Source: Octopus bimaculoides (Eukaryota). From it: a stretch of DNA of 64,000 nt. Shown here piece after piece: positions 38,953-53,078 of this stretch. The stretch spans positions 97,418,994 through 97,482,993 of the forward strand of contig NC_068982.1 of NCBI RefSeq assembly GCF_001194135.2, given 5' to 3'. A program made the position numbers and the translations under genes. The number at the start of each line of letters is the position of its first letter. The first letter of the stretch is position 1. The notes under the pieces are model-generated. The model was not told where the DNA came from and ran no database searches. It worked only from the letters and a program-made list of their open reading frames with translations.

Positions 38953-40206
38953 TTTATATTGAACCGATTTAGAGAAAAAGATACGCATGTCAAAACTGCA
39001 GCGATTTTCGAAAGTTTCTCGTTACTTATGATGTAAATGTAGTTAAGAGAAACTCGAACACAATTATTTCTCAGTCATATTGCCACTAAAATAAAGGACA
39101 TTTCGACAAAACAAAATAATACCTCGTGTTAATATTAGTTAATGTGTCAGAAAGAATGTAAAGAGTGGTAGTATATCAGAAAAAAACTGACGATCAGGAT
39201 TAAATGCCACATCTACTGTATTCATTCGCAGCACATTATGAAACTCAAACGTCCAACATGGATATGATTAAATAGAATGAAATAATGTGACTGATTTTCA
39301 TTAGCCCTATGTTTTTCTTTGTCTTAAAAAACGAGAATCTTCTTTACTTAACCTCTTCCACTTGTCATTTTACAGCGATATTCTATACATCCTTTTACTT
39401 CTCATTTTATTCAATCATCTGTACATGCATATTATCCACATTTCTGAATACAGTCTTACCTTCTGTATAAAAGCATGCATTCACACAGTTTCTTTGTACT
39501 TATATCGATTTTTAAAGCTTTTCCAGCTTCTAATGTTGTTTTATTGTCTAAACAAATGATTGCTTATCCTTCTTCTCATCTCTCATGATTGACTTTATTG
39601 CTACAAATTATAAGAATCATCCGTTTATCCTCTCCATTTTTAGAAGTTGTCAAATACCTTATACCGATTGCTTAATGCAACAAAAACAATAGATTCTGCA
39701 AAGAACTGCAATAAATTTATTTAAAACCTCAATATTATCTAATGCATTGAACAGTTTATCGAGGAATGTTTTAGAGGCATTTTCTTCTATGATTACCCTC
39801 AGTTGTTGAAAGGAAATAATTTGTATAGGGTAGTGTACTTTTAGCGAAATAAAGCCTAGAGCATCAATTAAACTCAGCCATTCATTCTGAGTGACGTTGC
39901 CATTATTTAAAGTGTCCAAATAAAGAATGATTCATTCAACTTTTAAATAATTGCTACATTAATATAATTTAGTGATTTCATTTTTAAGGTAGAGGAGTGG
40001 CAGAAACGGTAGATCATCCAGCTGAACAACATAGCTATAAAATTCCATATATTTACTTTCTGAATATTAATTCAACCGAGTTGACTTCACTGTTTGATGT
40101 ATTCAGGCGCAAGCAAGTACCAGTAATATCATGGACAGAATTCTATCGAGTATAGCTCTATATTATAGACTAGTGGATTTGTGTGAATATTATCTTCTTT
40201 TAATTG

Positions 40207-40391
40207 TTTCAGTCATTGAAGCCGGTTACGCGGGGGTGCCGCCATGAAGGGTTTAGTGGAACATATCGACCCCAGAACCTATTCTAAAGACTAGCGCTTA
40301 TTCTTTTGGTTTATTACCGATAGAGTAACTATCAAACTTGCCAAGGTGCTGCGCAATGAGACTGATCCCGAAACCATGTGGTTTTAAAGCG
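40207..40391 (-). mobile_element. SINE family C, degenerate/deleted copy
   Basis: The reverse complement begins GCTGTGTGGTTAAGAAACTCGC...AACCACATGGTTTCGGGATCAGTC, like 49291 and 53009. Confidence 0.75.
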
Positions 40392-40638
40392 AGTTTCTTA
40401 ACCACACAGCAATTAGATGTGGATAGAACCGAGAGTAAAAACGGAAAGATAAGCAAGTTGGGATCAGGATCTAGTTTCAACTCCAAGTTGAAGCTATATC
40501 ACCTCACTTATGCCGTTAACGTCATTGGAAAAATATGAATATAATAAAACTATATTCCACTTTTCTCTTAAAATATAAAGTGCTCATGCATAGCAATAAT
40601 AATAATAGTGACAACAAGAACAACAACAACAATAATAA

Positions 40639-41058
<420 letters not shown>

Positions 41059-42191
41059 CTCTAATACAAAATTCTCTGTCAGTAAACAGCTTCGCCGTTA
41101 ATAAGATGTTCCTGGAGACGATGTGATGCAGTATCAATTCCGTGTTCCGAAACCTATTTCACATTTATTATATTACTAATGCTACCGAAAAATGTATGAA
41201 TGGCATACTGTTTCATTTCCCCTTTCTCTACAAATGTATTGTCTCGTGCCTATGTAATAAATCAATATTGATAAAAAAAATATTTATACCTCTATTCGTG
41301 ATAAAACTAAACAGTAGCATGTATCTAATGATTTCTTCCCATTCTTTTCTTCATGTGAACATGTCATGAACAATTGCTAAAGGTTGTACTGAAAAATACC
41401 CCGCCTCTACTCTACGTCTACAACAGAGACTCTCATTAATGGAACATCAGACTCTCTTTAATCATTAAAAAAGTCGTCATTTGATTTTTACCGTTTTGGT
41501 TTTATTTGCATTAATGAATGACAATTAAGGGCTTTTTCATGTCTCGTTAGGGGCTCCACAACTACATTAGACTTAATTATATCCACTTTTTGTTCCCTGT
41601 CAGTAGAAGTAATAAAATTAAGTTATTCAAATTCCATGCCATACTTTTGTTAATTATTTAATAAATTTTTAATTGATGCAGCTGCATTCATATTGTTAAG
41701 GAACATGCACTGGGTTGATACATTAAATGGAGCGATCACGAATGTCTATGCACCTATTCACCTTGGCTGGAAATAGCAAAGGCTGAAACATTTCAGTTGC
41801 CAAGAGTGAAGGGAAGCTTCAATAACTACATGGAGTTCTTCGTCTTATATATTTCTCTCAACGGACAGCAGCAGCAGAGAGCGCATATAATGCGCCTTCT
41901 ATCAACAGACATTGAATAAATATAATATGCAGCAGCTATTAGCAGGTAAACAATGCGCAAATGTATAATAAAGAAACCTCTAAGGCAAATCTGAAAATTT
42001 CTGATGGAAAGGTCTTCATAACTACAGTAATTAGTATTGATTTCTTTTGATAAAGTCCACATTTCCAGGTTTATGGCTGTGTAAAAAATGGGATTGTGTA
42101 TTAGTGACGTAAGTGAAATAAAATGGTTTCAACTGGAAATCGCAAATTGTGTCACAGCTTCATTTCAGCTTGTGCATACCTNNNNNNNNNN

Positions 42192-42410
42192 ACCAGGCAC
42201 TGGCTCTCATGGCTTCTGATCTTAACTGATTGGAAATGTTAACATGTACATATTTTGTCTTGGTGTAGAAGATGGTCTACCACAAATATTCTGCTCACTA
42301 CAACAGATTTGCTTGTCAGTTGTTTGACCTTAACCAGTTGAACATATCCCTTGGTGGCTGGCAATATGTGCATCACTGATCACGAGCAGAAGTAGTAAAA
42401 CAGTATCATA
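42192..42410 (+). repeat. Unclassified interspersed repeat, copy 1 (truncated)
   Basis: Aligns with 42815-43030 (CTCTCAT.G.TTCTGA.CTTA.CTGATT.GAA, AGAAGATGG.CTAC..CAAATATTCTG, CTGATCACGAGCAG). Confidence 0.75.
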
Positions 42411-42756
42411 GATATAGCATGCCCAGCTGACAACATGGTATGCGATAAGGAAGAAAGAAAAGTCGAGAGATATGGCAGGTTAGCTTGGAAGGTTAAGCAG
42501 TTGTGGTCGATGAAAAAGGTGGTAGTAGTACCAATAATTGTCGGAGCCCTGGGAACAGTGAGCAAAAATCTCGAGAAGTACGTGGAACAAATAGGGGCTG
42601 CAATAAGAGTGGAGCACTTGCAGAAAACAGCACTGCTTGGAACCGCTCGAATACTCCGGAAGGAGTATTCGAAAAATAAGAGGTGTTACCTTAGTTCACT
42701 CCTAGTGAACAGCTGACACTGTAGTACATCTCCAGCGTTAGAAGCTGTGTAAAGGC

Positions 42757-42813
<57 letters not shown>
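42411..42813 (+). mobile_element. 5'-truncated R4/Dong-clade element: REL C-terminus, 3' UTR and (AAT)19 tail
   Basis: DIACPADNMVCDKEERKVERYGRLAWKVKQLWSMKKVVVVPIIVGALGTV...LQKTALLGTARILRK is the typical R4/Dong C-terminus. The tail spans 42757-42813. Confidence 0.92.
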
Positions 42814-42814
<1 letters not shown>

Positions 42815-43335
42815 GTAGATGCGGTACCGGAGCAGTAACTCTCATAGATTCTGACCTTAGCTGATTAGAACTGTTGACCTACACGTTTTTGGCTTAACAT
42901 AGAAGATGGACTACAACAAATATTCTGTTTGATATTACAGCTTTTCTTGTCAGGAGCATGTCCCTTAGCGGCTGACGATATGTGCCTCTCTGATCACGAG
43001 CAGGAGAAGTGGGGGAGCATCATAGCCATGTGTTGAGAGGTATTCTTTGGGTTTGGATAATTTACTCCTGGAAACATGTGCCCTTAAACAATACTTATTC
43101 AGGGATCATTTGCATGGGATGGGTTACTCGACCTGAAGAAAATTCTAACAGGTTCCTACCAGCAAGTGCATACGTTGTTTATAATTATATGAGGTCACCA
43201 TGAAGCGTACACATGGTTGTGATGCATATGGCTGGTGTACCCTTATCAGACGAGTAGTCATGATAGGTATATTAGTCTTCGTATATTTATACCCCAGTGT
43301 CACTTTGATGGCAAACACTGTTTTCTTAACAATAA
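42815..43335 (+). repeat. Unclassified interspersed repeat, copy 2 (longer)
   Basis: Homologous to 42192-42410 and extends ~300 bp further to an AAT-like end; no coding motif recognised. Confidence 0.7.
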
Positions 43336-45041
43336 TAAGAATATTTTCTTAGTAATATATAAATTTGCCCTACCCTAAATAAATAGTGTTTTTATGTTAA
43401 TTTTAAGCGTTTAAAATTTGGCTGAGGTTCAATATTGTCGCCTTCATTTCTTTTATTTGTAAACAAGTAAAGTAGTCTCTACTATGCCTCAATTTATTTC
43501 TTTATACAAATATATAAATATATATCATGTTATATTATCGTAATATTCAGTGCGACATGACAACGTGCGTTGTTTATTCCTTTGAATCCTCACACGACAT
43601 ATATGATACGACATCAGGAGGTCAATCGGAGACTTAATAACTATTTTCCCCAGCACAAAAGCTTGACTTAATTCAGCTGATTGGAACATACCACTCTATT
43701 CCTAAACATAAGGAAAAAAACAAAAACGGAAGCCGTGAAAATCGTGTGACAACATTTTGAAATAAAATAGGGAACTAGAGAGTTGTGCTTCAAAACATAA
43801 ACAAAAATCATTTTATTCACTTATATCGTTAGAAATTAGAAATTATGTTAGTCCCATATTCCCAAATCCCCCAAAATATTTTGAAAGAGAAATCCCAAAC
43901 ATCATAGTTGAGATAAAACAATGAAACCGAACCAAAATATTCAATTCTAATGTAAACTTTACAAAATAAAATTGGAATCAATACACATGATACTCCACTG
44001 CACAATCAATAATCATCTGCACTGTTTACACTCAATAACCACACATTTTAATATGATTAACTAATATGGCCTTCCTGACCCTCATTCATTTTTGTCTTAT
44101 TTTGTATTGTTTTGTGAATAATAACGTCATTAGTTACAGTTGTCCAGTTTTCTAATCACTGGTTCTTTGCATTTTGGACGAGAATGATGACAGATTTCTC
44201 GTGAGACTTTAGTGGGACAAATATCATCATCAGACTTTCATTCAAATGCACCGGTTTATCGTTTTCCAGCCGTTTTACATATCATTTGCCGAGGTACACA
44301 CCGAATGATATATATATTACATTTAGATATAAATATACCGCTTAACCTGTACACAGTCTCCGTCTATGACATTCCACACCCATAAGGCCTTGGTCACACT
44401 GAGGTTTATGGTATTCACTGGATTTAACTTAGATTATTATGGCCTAAAACTCTTGTTGCACATTTGGGGGTTTCATTCTATAAGCAAAAAGCATGTTCCG
44501 CATGGACAAAAATTATAAACAACCGATTACTTATACCTCACTTTGTATCCAATCTGATGATCGAGAACCTGAAAACCGAATAACTACATGTGAGGTGCTA
44601 GTTGTCATCCATAAATAACTATCTTCGACCATGGCGTTGAGTACTGCTTTGAACTTCTTACCCGTTCCTATACACATACGCACCAACACACATACACACA
44701 CAAACACACACACAGTGAGAGAGATAAGGATATGCAGAAAACTACAATTTAATGGCTATACCAGAGTAGTGAAAAATAGCTTTTTACTTTCCTGTTATGA
44801 GGAGCAAATAAGACGCGGTTATAATTTAATCCTATGTGTCAGTCAGTTTGTATAATTTGGGTGTAAGTTAATCATCAACGTAATTCCATGGTAGAATGTC
44901 TAAAATATAAATAAGTTGTTTATATAACACAACTGTTACCGTCCTAGAAATAGATTTTTAAATAAAAGAAATAAAGTAATTTTATCGTATCTTAAATATA
45001 TATACATACACATATGTATGTGTGCGTGTATTTGTGAGGTG

Positions 45042-45080
<39 letters not shown>

Positions 45081-46836
45081 ACTCACAAACACACATATAT
45101 GTGTGTGCAAAACCAGATCAATAATGGAATATTATCCAGTTTGACGATATAGATATTACATCTTCGACTTCACTTCATTCCCAGAATAAATATCCTCTTT
45201 GGATACTAATCACCTTTTACTAAGCATTTAAAACAGATCAAGTGGAGCTTATACCGGAAGTGACATATAAATCTACAACAATAAAACAATAAAACCAGAT
45301 AAAACAGCATTTTATGATTGTACAAATGCATATAAACATACATACAAGCATACCTTCACGCAGACATATTTCTATGTATTTCCACGTACAAGTAAATATA
45401 TATATTTAAACCTGTAAGTTTATTGATACATGAATTCGGATCGCAACCAAATTCTAAACCGTTTAAGAAGCTGGCATGGAGTTTTGAAATTAGACCATAT
45501 GAATTCATCTGTGACAGGCGACGAAATTGTAATTCATGCCGAGACACAGGATTTAATAAGTGAGGTTTATATATATCATAAACAGAAATTTTAAAATACA
45601 TATAAATTACATATAACATTAAAAATATACTTTACGGTTAATATTAGTTAATGCCTAAATATATTTAAAACGGTTAGCGTAAAATAGAGCAGAGCGTGAA
45701 GAAGAAATCTGAAGAATATAAAGACAAAGAATAGGAAAACAAGCTGGAAAGATAGAAAATAATAGTTTCCTCATGAAAATGGCTCACTATTATTTTGTTT
45801 CGGATTTTAGTTATACAACATTCTTTTTGTCTTAGAGCATCAGTTTTACACTATTTTCAAATCTAAAGCTAAGCTATGTTATTATCAAGAATAGCTTAGC
45901 CTCAGACTAAAGTATTTTGAAACTAGGGCAAATACTCAATGTGCTTATTGTGAATCAATGCAAACTGGATCAGAGATATAACGTGAAAGGATTACTCTTC
46001 TAAATCCAGATTCTATCAATTTGAATATACATGTTCCATATTTCCCTAAGTAGTACTAATCACAATGACGAACGTAGTGACGACGGTGGTGGTGGTGGTG
46101 GTGGGTGGAAGTCAACCTATATATATGAAGAAAATCAAATTTATCTTAGGCAATTTTTTTCTAATCCTTATTTGCATCCCTTATCCTACGTTTAAATGGT
46201 GTGCATGAATGCAAGAATGTTAAAGGGAAAAAAATCGATGGGAATTGACGAATAATTTCTTAAATAAATATAGAACAATATAGATCTTTGATAATACTGC
46301 ATTTTGTTGACCTGATTTGTAAAAGAGGACAATAGGAGTAGTTTGAAGGAAATTTAATGTCAGCCACCGTTTCTACAATGTTTATACAAAAATAGTCGTG
46401 GTAGGATTCTACACTTCAATCCACTAGATTACGAAAAACTGATGTTACATCACACCATTCAAAACTTAAAGCCTTTTAGGTGGGAAAATGGCATAGATTA
46501 TATTACTAAAAGGAAAAGGTGATGCAATGAATGACGTAGGTAGAAATTCTTCCGTGAAAATTTATTCCTAGAATGAGAAAGAAAAGAAAAACCTAGCGAT
46601 AGTTGTTAGCGACTCCGAAAGAAAAGGGGACATAATTTAAAAAAATTTAGGAATGAATTTTGTTCATTACGTTATACGCTTAGAAGACATTAGGACACTT
46701 ACGAATATGCTTTAGTTTTATTAATTCTCACCCCACTTCAGCAAAATACTCAAACGTAAGTAGACTTTATCGACGGGCAAAGGCATTTTTCTTTGTTTTA
46801 CACTCGGAAATGATTTTGTTTGTGTTTTTGCCAGTC

Positions 46837-46991
46837 GTAGGCATAGCTATACGATTAAGTTTGCTTTGCAACAATATGGTTTCGGGTTCTGTTCTACTGC
46901 GCGGCACTTTGGGCAAGTATCTTCCATTATAGCCACGGCTGACTAATCCTCTGAGTGAATTTGGTTAACGAAAACTGTATGGAAACCCATC

Positions 46992-47035
<44 letters not shown>

Positions 47036-47098
47036 ACATATATATATCTACATACATATATATATATTTGTGTGTGCGTGCGTATGTTTGTGTGTGTG

Positions 47099-47129
<31 letters not shown>

Positions 47130-47270
47130 GTATGTATGTATGTAGATGAGAGTGCGTCTTTGTGTCTGTGTTTGTCCTCCTCCACTGCTTTACAACCGGT
47201 GCTGTTTTCTTTACGTCCCCGTAACCTAGTGGTTCGGTTAAAGAGGCCGATATAAGTACCAACCTGAAAA
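46837..47270 (+). mobile_element. SINE family C copy split by an internal TA/TG dinucleotide tract
   Basis: The 5' part is GGCATAGCT...CAATATGGTTTCGGGTTCTGTTC...GGCACTTTGGGCAAGT; the 3' part resumes at about 47150 (GTGTTTGTCC...TTACGTCCCCGTAAC). Confidence 0.75.
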
Positions 47271-47289
47271 ATCGACTACTTCGAGTACA

Positions 47290-48130
47290 AAAAAATGTAC
47301 TTGTAAGCGGCCAGACTGCACTCTTGACGTTGCAAATTTTTCTCAAGCAGAAAGTCTACATCAAATTCGGACAGATATCGTGACACTCACAAAGGGTGTA
47401 GGATTTGCAAAAGTGTCCCAGAGAGGAGCTGATGCTGTTAAAAAAAAAAGACCAGGCTGGAAATACAAATGAGATAACAGAAATTACACCTTCACCACTA
47501 AAATTGACTAAAAGCATTATTGCTAAAGGGTTGGCACTTACAGAGGAAGGTCTGGAAGTTTTTGCTGATAATGACCCTAATCGTGAAAGTAACATAAAAA
47601 CTATGAGAGAAATTTACAATGAGTTCAGTTCATTTGCTGAGCTGTACAAAGAAATGATGTGTCATAAACAACAAACAACTTTGGATAAGATTTTCACCCC
47701 TCAAGCTGATGTTTGTAATAATGGACGGTAAGATAGTAAATATTGTCCCTTATCTTCCTAGTAACGCTCATTCCACCACCATCCCTCACATAATTGCCAA
47801 CATCTTTTGTGGTAAGAACATACTCTTACGACATTACAATTCTTATTAATTCCTTAACTTATTCCTCTTGAAATGCTTCGGTATTTTTATTTATCTGTAC
47901 TGTACTGTGTATGTTTAGAAATAGTTATATTCGTGTATAAAGGTGATTGCGTTTCTTGTTCTTTGTTGTTTTCTTGTGCTTTTTACTCTTTATTTTCGAA
48001 AAAGACCGGAGAAATGCAATCTCACTCGATAGTATGAAAATCAATAGGAAAATTAATTTCGCATTACGGAATTTTGCGTTACGGCCAGATATTTAGGAGC
48101 GCATTACTTCCATAAAGCAAGGGATTCCTG
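47290..48130 (+). mobile_element. pogo/Tigger DNA transposon 3' fragment
   Basis: The C-terminus PDC...IVTLTKGVGF...KGLALTEEGLEVFADNDPNRES...YKEMMCHKQQTTLDKIF resembles Tigger transposases. The terminus ...CATAAAGCAAGGGATTCCTG|TA is a Tigger-like TIR with TA target. Confidence 0.85.
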
Positions 48131-48601
48131 TACTTAACAAGCTATGAAAAATCTCAAATAATCGAAATTTCTCTCTTAGTAGGGAAAGCATTAATTGCTA
48201 GCAGCTCTTCAAGAAATTTACTCACGCAAGCAGGCCATTTGTTTTTGGTATTTTCCGTTGGTTTGTTCTGATGAAATTGGTTGCGCCCATGGTTTTCAAA
48301 GGCCAGTCCTCCGAGACCGTTGCTCTCTCTCTCTCTCTCTCTCTTCGTCTCTCTCTCTCTCTCTCTCTCTCTCTTCCTATATATATGTGTATACATGTAT
48401 ACGCACTTACACACACACACNNNNNNNNNNNNNNNNNNNNNNNNNNNNNNNNNNNNNNNNNNNNNNNNNNNNNNNNNNNNNNNNNNNNNNNNNNNNNNNN
48501 NNNNNNNNNNNNNNNNNNNNNNNNNNNNNNNNNNNNNNNNNNNNNNNNNNNNNNNNNNNNNNNATATATATATATATTCACAAACATTGAGAAGAAGAGG
48601 A

Positions 48602-48921
48602 GTACTCCAACGGTTACGACAACGAGGGTCCAAGATGATACGATCAACGGAACAGCTTGCTCGTGAAATTAACGTGCAAGTGGCTGAGTACTCCACAGAC
48701 ACGTGTACCCTTAACGTAGTTCTCGGGGAGAGTCAGCGTGACACAGAGTGTGACAAGGCTAGCTCTTTGAAATGCAGGTACTGCTCATTTTTGCCAGCTG
48801 AGCGGACTGGCGAAGCGTGAAATAAAGTGTCTTGCTCAATGATACAACGCGTTGCCGGGAATTGAACTCACGACCTTACTTATTGTGAGCGGAATGCCCA
48901 AACCACTAAGCCACGTGCCTT
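48602..48921 (-). mobile_element. tRNA-derived SINE family B
   Basis: Its reverse complement aligns end to end with 25503-25819. Confidence 0.9.
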
Positions 48922-49290
48922 GCACACACATAAACACACATTGATGCACACACATACACATACACACTCCACTCCACTCCACTCCATTCCACTTCACATG
49001 GGAAGCATTTAATAAATAACAGGATTCTTCTAATGTAGTAAATAAAAAATGGGGAAAATTGAGACTGTAGATTATACATCGATTTTCTACATGTTACAAA
49101 TTGATTTTTTCTGTGTAACATGAACACCCACTCCGCTAAGTGTTTTAATTTTCTAATCAGATGAAACATTTTTGGGTGTATAAACATATATATATATATA
49201 TATATACATACAGAAACATGCATATACATACATACATACATACATACATACATACATACGTACATAAACATTTAAACACACAAGACACAC

Positions 49291-49420
49291 GCGTAGCTGT
49301 GTGGTAAGAAGCTTCCGGGTTGTCCCGCTGCGTGCCACTTGGGGCAGGTGTCGTGTACTGTAGCCTCCGGCAGAACAAAGCTTGTGAGTGGATTTGGTAG
49401 ACGGAAACTGAAAGAAGCCA
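49291..49420 (+). mobile_element. SINE family C 5' part
   Basis: GCGTAGCTGTGTGGTAAGAAGCTT...CCGGGTT...CACTTGGGGCAGGTGTC...TTGTGAGTGGATTTGGTAGACGGAAACTGAAAGAAGCC. Confidence 0.85.
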
Positions 49421-49428
49421 GGTGTCAC

Positions 49429-49462
<34 letters not shown>

Positions 49463-49695
49463 ATATGTATATACATACATACATACATACAGACAGACAC
49501 ACACACACACACACACACACGCACATTCATACACGCATATATGTAAATGCATACGAATATACACACACCAAAATGTTTTACTGAATAAAGAATATATTCT
49601 GCAAAATATTCGACAGTAACTTCGAATCTTTGTCGAGCATGTCTTTTCAAAATATAGTAAAAATAGTAGAAGATTGTCGTATATATATATATATA

Positions 49696-49752
<57 letters not shown>

Positions 49753-50199
49753 GGGTAGGGATATTAAAAGTTGAAGGTGTTTGTGTAATGTGTGTATTAA
49801 ATTACAGGTAAAAAAAATAATGAAGAATCATAACGAGCCGATCGGAGTGAAGTGCCGTTATATGTGGCTTATGGGAGAAGATATCACATACGGTCATATA
49901 CGTTTTGAATTTGGGTGTGTATATGGAGTATGTTTAATGCATATGCGTTAGTCTAAAATTTTGTGAAACTATAAAATACATCTATAATTAAAAATGGGTT
50001 TAGGTATGAAAATATATTATTATTAAGTTACGGTCGTGCTGTTTTAAAAGGATATCTAATGATATGTATATATTTTTAATTAAGATTTTAATTTTCATTA
50101 ATTATAAAAGTTGTAAAAATGAAAGATATTACTAAAATGAAAATTTAACAGTTATAAAAAAGGTATGTAGAAAATTTGTATTTTAATTAATATTCTGAT

Positions 50200-50520
50200 T
50201 TTAATTAATTAACTGCCAATCGTTATAGTAATTCATATAAGTATCTATATGATTAATCAACTTGTTTCTTAGGAAAATTAATGAATTCTCATATGATTCA
50301 GCAATTCTAAATGATCGATAGGTAATAACTAGACCAAAGGAAACAACGTATTTTTCGAAGCGAGATATATCTTTAAGGGTTCCATACATAAACGACATTA
50401 TAGCGGTATTGTTTAGATAGTGGGTGATGCAATTAATATATTCCAAGTCACCAAAATACCTGGTTTCTATCAAAATAGGTTATCTTTGATGTCTACTACA
50501 TTGTACACTAATATATACAT
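50200..50520 (-). mobile_element. Possible Penelope-like GIY-YIG C-terminal remnant
   Basis: A broken minus frame, VDIKDN...VTWNIL..SPTI...CRLCMEPLKIYLASKNTL, resembles the W.IL...CxLCxxEK.I segment of PLE endonucleases. Confidence 0.35.
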
Positions 50521-50749
50521 GCATGAACTCACGCGTGTGGGAGATTAAAAGAATATTCGTAGAAATAAAATCGATAATTGATAATATATAAATTTTCTCA
50601 CTTTTAATTTCCTACATACCCACAAAAATAGGCATCTTCTAATGTTGTTGGTAAAAAAAAATACAATAATTACCCAGTATCTAGTTTGGGAATAAAAATT
50701 CGATATGTGACAGAATTCAACGTAGAATATTACAAATCTGAATTTATAT

Positions 50750-52040
50750 AATCGTTCAAAGTTTTCCCTGAATTGTTTATTAGAATGTGTGGACGTAAGT
50801 CAATCAAGTTGGATAGGTTGTACAGTAGAAAATGTATTATGGAAAATGTGCATATTTTTTTTTTCATGTTTCACAAAGTCATTTGGATAATGCATGTAGG
50901 AAATATTCGTGTCAGTGCAAACAAATAATGATGACCAGTAAAAAAGAATCAGAGAATGTGGATATATTTAAGCTCGTAAAAATTAAGCTGCATAGACAGT
51001 GTCGGAGGGAGTTTCAAATTTACCTATACGACTTAGCATCACACAAATTAGAGATACGTTTGTAGTAGATGGAACTGTTAAGAGTGTTCACATGAAACGT
51101 TCCAGAAGACAAAGAATGGTTATAAAAGTTTATTGCCAGAGTTCAAGAAAGTTTGTGCAGCAAACGAGTCATGAGATAGGAATTTCAAAATTAAGCGCTT
51201 GTCGCATTTTGAAGCGCTGTCCCTGAAACGGTTATATTCCAAGAATTGTCTATGCCACCCGTGAAGATGATCCGGACTGGAGAGTAAGTAGTTTTAAGTG
51301 TGGTACTTAGCTAAATGTGTAGAAGATGTACACTTTCCAACAAAGCTTGATTGGAGTGATGAGGCTACATTTAAATGAAATGGTTTAATTAAATGCCTCA
51401 ATTGCACCTACTGGAGACCTGAGAATCCGCATATTACAGAGTAAAAGCATATTAATTTACTATGGCGCGACTTATCGTCGAAAGGATAAATTGGATCATT
51501 CACTTTTGAAGGTATTTGTTGCGACAGTCTGTCATGCCAAGCATTCAAAATTACTTTGAAGATGTAGAGTATTATTTCCAGTAAGATTGGGTATCCCATC
51601 CCCACACTACCTTAGCAATGTAGGGCCTACCTTGATGAGATTTTGCCAAATTGATAGATCGGTAGAAAAGGTTCATAGAGTTCCCCCTACGTTTATCGTA
51701 CTTCACAACAGTAAATATTTTTATGAGGATACTTAAAAGATAGACTCTATCGTACAAAATCAACAAAAGTTGGCGAATTGAGGTTATCCTTTGAACGAGA
51801 ACGGGCACAAATACCGAACGAAACGTTTCTTGATGTTTGCGACTCTATTACTAGGCGTTATCAGTAGTACCTGGACCGGAACGCTCATCAATCTGAAAAC
51901 AGGCATTCATAAATGAAAGTCAAATTCTCTCTGTAGACTCTACTAAATTTTGAAAATGAAATGTATTTTAATAAACACTGACTTCTAAATCATTCAAATC
52001 ATTCAATGTATGTATACACTTTGGGGGAAAATTTATATAT
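50750..52040 (+). mobile_element. Degenerate Tc1/mariner-superfamily (DD37D maT-like) transposon
   Basis: IGISKLSACRILK, EDDPDWR, WSDEATFK*NG...NCTYWRPENPH, YFQ*D, IGRKG.IEFP, L*GYLKDRLY; many stops; ends approximate. Confidence 0.88.
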
Positions 52041-52187
52041 ATATTAAAAACAGTCTCATTTACTCGATTAGACAGAACTGCCTCACTTGATTTTCAAACA
52101 ATACCTGGGGCTTACTAACGCATACAGAGATAAATACACAACGAACGCATCTCCAGCTAACGCATTTATATACCTATATATGTATGT

Positions 52188-52254
<67 letters not shown>

Positions 52255-52843
52255 GACATATAAACGCACGAATGAATATTTAAGTATTTATGTGTGTGTG
52301 CGTGCGTGAACAAGTCACCCATTTCTCAGCAACATACGCTTCATATTATATGCCTGAAAATAATGTTAGTCTTTATAGGTCGAAAGGTGAAATCTTTTTA
52401 AGTGAAGGATGTTAAGTGCTAAGAGGTATAAATAAAAAAAATGACCCAAGGAAAAACTTTCTTTTTCACTTGCATTAACGTTGTAGGAGAGACCTATTGA
52501 CCAAGTGAAGCTTTGTTTACTATTTAGTATTTTTATAATCTATCTTCGTTTTAAATTGAATTGCTATGACAGGTTTGCTTGTAAAAGTGAGTGAAAAATG
52601 GAAAACGAGTTAAGGGATAGATGTAAGTACTGATTTCGTCGCACGTATATGATGGTGAAAAGAGAAAAAGAGAACCACAAGCAATCAAATACAGTCAAAG
52701 AAAGAAAGGAAGTATGAGAGAGTTTGGATAAGGTGAGATAAGGTGAGATTTTGTATAGAGACAGGAACAGAAGGAGCAAGCTATAAGATGCTTTGAAAGA
52801 AAGGCGACAAGTAGATGTACCAGCGATTATTGAGAGCGCGCGC

Positions 52844-52887
<44 letters not shown>

Positions 52888-53008
52888 GAACATGAAGTAA
52901 AGATCAACAGAAACAGGGGAACAAGTTGTGGTAAATAAAAGGGAAACAGTATAAAAGGAAAGAATAAAATGAATAAAAAGAGCAAATAGAAAAAGAATTT
53001 GTGTATAT

Positions 53009-53078
53009 AGGCACAGGCATAGTTGTGTGGTTAAGAAATTCGCTTTGCAACCACATGGTTTCAGGTTCAGTTCCACTA
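53009..53078 (+). mobile_element. SINE family C head fragment
   Basis: GGCATAGTTGTGTGGTTAAGAAATTCGCTTTGCAACCACATGGTTTCAGGTTCAGTTCCACT. Confidence 0.75.

Noticed and set aside
39659-39934. Stop-free minus frame of ~90 codons (DTLNNGNVTQNEWLSLIDALGF...CFCCIKQSV)
   Set aside because: No recognisable family and no good acceptor; a few frames of this length are expected by chance in this much AT-rich DNA.
43860-44040. Peptide KIKLESIHM reminiscent of a Penelope GIY-YIG end
   Set aside because: A single weak motif among many stops.
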